Below, piece by piece: positions 62,052-64,000 of a stretch of 64,000 nucleotides of DNA (position 1 is its first letter; the number at the start of each line of letters is the position of its first letter). The position numbers were made by a program, and so were the translations under genes. Origin of the DNA: Planctomycetota bacterium (GTDB lineage: Bacteria; Planctomycetota; UBA8742; UBA2392); contig JAGQRE010000001.1 of NCBI GenBank assembly GCA_020425695.1, positions 41,213 to 105,212 of the forward strand. Reading direction: 5' to 3'. The notes under the pieces were generated by a model that saw only the letters and a list, made by a program, of their open reading frames with translations, searched no databases and was not told the origin of the DNA.

Positions 62052-62852
62052 TTACGTTTGTTCAGAGGAATCCTGCTGACCACCGTCGGCGGCTATCATG
62101 AGCAGCGTCGCACCGGCGGCACCGGCCGGCATCACGAAGAGATTCAAGCCCGGCACAAGCATCACCAAGCTCGCAGCAGCCCCCAGACCCGCAGACGCCC
62201 ACAGGTTCTTCTTCGTCCAGGCGAGCTTTTGCGATAGGTTCTGGTCGCGCAACGACAGTGAACAGTCCATCAGATCTGCGCCCTGAATCACCGCGTTGAT
62301 CGGGATCGCAACCACCGAAACGACAACGGTCACCAGAGACAGGACCATCAACGGTATCTGGACAACCAACACCACCAGCAACCACTTCAACGACTGCACC
62401 ATTGCGTAAAGTTGCCGCCTGATGAACGCCTGCGAAGAACGTTCACCGATCAGCTCACGCCCGGTGTACTTGATGTGTACCTTCTCGCAGATCGGGTCGA
62501 TGAACAACGGCACGAAAATCGTCATCACGGGCGCCAGCAGGAAGTACGCGATCACAAGCGTCACGATGAACGCCAGCACACCGCCCAGCCAGCCAACCCA
62601 GCTCGCTTCCAGCCACTCCACCAGCCAGTACTTCGCGCCAAAGAACGCACCGACTGCGAGCCCTACCAGCACCAAAGCCGACAACACTACGGGCGCTACG
62701 GCGTAGCGAAACAGCCCACCACCAGGCAACACCAACTTCATGCCGACTAGGAAGGCACTAAAACCGGACGTGAAACCCGGTATCCCGTTCACTAATGGCG
62801 AAGTAATCGGAAGCTTCGTTGCAGCGACAACACTCAGTGGAGCTTCGCTCAC
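62052..62852 (-). CDS. EI24/CysZ-family membrane protein
   Basis: 266 aa with ~6 TM helices. Family assigned by eye from overall resemblance, no specific motif cited. 4-nt overlap with the upstream cyclase gene. Confidence 0.55.
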   Translation of the reverse strand: MSEAPLSVVAATKLPITSPLVNGIPGFTSGFSAFLVGMKLVLPGGGLFRYAVAPVVLSALVLVGLAVGAFFGAKYWLVEWLEASWVGWLGGVLAFIVTLVIAYFLLAPVMTIFVPLFIDPICEKVHIKYTGRELIGERSSQAFIRRQLYAMVQSLKWLLVVLVVQIPLMVLSLVTVVVSVVAIPINAVIQGADLMDCSLSLRDQNLSQKLAWTKKNLWASAGLGAAASLVMLVPGLNLFVMPAGAAGATLLMIAADGGQQDSSEQT

Positions 62853-63814
62853 GGCTGACTACCCGGGGTATTCAGGCGCGCCGTGTGGGCGTGGACATGA
62901 TCCCACTCCGGCGGTGGGGGATGTTTGCGATAAAGCGCGATGCGTCGCATGTACAGGCGGCTCGGGCCATCGTCGCCAGTGATTTTGTCGGCGTCCATAA
63001 AGCGTTTCTCGGCACGGTCCCAGTCACGCTCACGGAAGGCTTTCAGCCCGCGTTCAAAGATCTCGACCATCATGCGGTTCTGGTCGGGCACGTCACCGCG
63101 TGGACCGACAAGCTCATAAATCGGCGTCGTTCGGTCTGTTCCGTGCACCTTGATGACGTCAAGTTCGCGAGTCAGAAACTGCTCCTTGATGCCAATGTTC
63201 GTCTCGCGAGAAATGATCAACGGTGAGCGATATAAACGCGACGCTTGCTGCAGTTGCACCGTAAGACTCACGGCCTCGCCGATCGCCGTGTACATTGCGC
63301 GCTCCGGCGTGCCGACATTGCCGACAATTGCTGGGCCGGTCACCAGACCGATGCTTTGGCTGATCCGCCCGAACCCCTTCAACTGCCACTCGGCGGCCAT
63401 CTTATAGGTCTCACGCAGGGCGCTGTAGGCCGCCGTGGCAGCGTGCACCGGGTGCTCTGCGTCGTCCACCGGTGCGCCGAAGATGGCGAAGATGGCGTCA
63501 CCAAAGAACTTGTCGACGAAGCCCATGTTGCCGCGAATCAGGTTTGTCATGCGAGAAAAGTACTCGCACAGCAGTTCAACGACCGCGTCGGGCGACGCGT
63601 AACTGGTGACTTCGGTGAAGCCCCAGATGTCGAGGTAAACAAGGGTAACGTTGCGGCGCGAAGCCCCCAGTTTCAGAACGTCGGGGTTCTTCTCGGCCGT
63701 CTCAACCAGCAGTTTGCCGGCGTAACGCACCAGATGATCACGTGTAACTTTGCGCCCAAAGCCCATGAAGCGTTCCCCGATTCTTGCTGGGGAATTTAGC
63801 AGATACGGCGACAC
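62849..63814 (-). CDS. Class III adenylate/guanylate cyclase (CHD domain)
   Basis: VTLVYLDIWGFTEV...FGDAIFAIFGAP...GLVTGPAIVGNVG are the CHD metal- and substrate-binding motifs. Confidence 0.8.
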   Translation of the reverse strand: MSPYLLNSPARIGERFMGFGRKVTRDHLVRYAGKLLVETAEKNPDVLKLGASRRNVTLVYLDIWGFTEVTSYASPDAVVELLCEYFSRMTNLIRGNMGFVDKFFGDAIFAIFGAPVDDAEHPVHAATAAYSALRETYKMAAEWQLKGFGRISQSIGLVTGPAIVGNVGTPERAMYTAIGEAVSLTVQLQQASRLYRSPLIISRETNIGIKEQFLTRELDVIKVHGTDRTTPIYELVGPRGDVPDQNRMMVEIFERGLKAFRERDWDRAEKRFMDADKITGDDGPSRLYMRRIALYRKHPPPPEWDHVHAHTARLNTPGSQP

Positions 63815-63827
63815 ATGGAACGGACGC

Positions 63828-64000
63828 TAGAAGCTGAACGGCAACTCGTACTCTTTCATCACCGGCTCGTCCTTGCTTCGGACCTTGACTTCAACGCGGG
63901 CCTTCAGTTTGTCGCCATCTACCACGAGCGAGTTGCGAAGCCAAAGATCGTCGTGCTTAAGCCACGACTTGTCAGCCCTGACCAACGAGCCGCCGGACTT
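63828..64000 (-). CDS. Partial CDS (C-terminal ~57 aa), hypothetical
   Basis: Minus-strand frame ...KSWLKHDDLWLRNSLVVDGDKLKARVEVKVRSKDEPVMKEYELPFSF*, open to the window edge. Confidence 0.3.

Overview
High-GC (~60%) bacterial chromosomal segment, gene-dense on both strands. The gene content suggests a Planctomycetota-like organism: many lipoproteins, a prenyltransferase-repeat/HEAT protein, partner-switching modules, and c-di-AMP and bacillithiol genes. Most of the window is core housekeeping: yajC-secDF, nusA-infB, purF, glmS, recO, ftsH-folP-cdaA-cdaR, cmk, rimO, a hisS-like gene, an mlaBEFD-mce cluster, and a pgpA-rsbU/W/V-like partner-switching operon. The six-frame track is dominated by antisense shadow ORFs typical of high-GC DNA. 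I discarded these and re-derived several starts by hand. The hand-derived coordinates were sometimes 1-2 nt out of register with the track, so treat promoter, terminator and start positions as +/-3 nt. Several items are not explained by ordinary annotation. (a) A ~2.1 kb low-GC (~47-50%) insertion between purF and two secreted multi-beta-sandwich proteins carries a single 501-aa Walker A/B P-loop NTPase, followed by ~590 bp with no credible ORF. (b) A ~240-nt ORF-free transcription unit on the minus strand, bounded by a near-consensus sigma70 promoter and an intrinsic terminator and with pseudoknot-capable complementarity, sits immediately upstream of bshA. (c) A promoter plus intrinsic terminator lies in the nusA leader, which looks like an attenuator. 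(d) The hisS-like gene has a ~120-aa C-terminal extension with GIY-YIG-like motifs. (e) A low-GC, tyrosine-rich mini-ORF lies upstream of glmS. I saw no CRISPR arrays, rRNA or tRNA genes, and no transposase or integrase.
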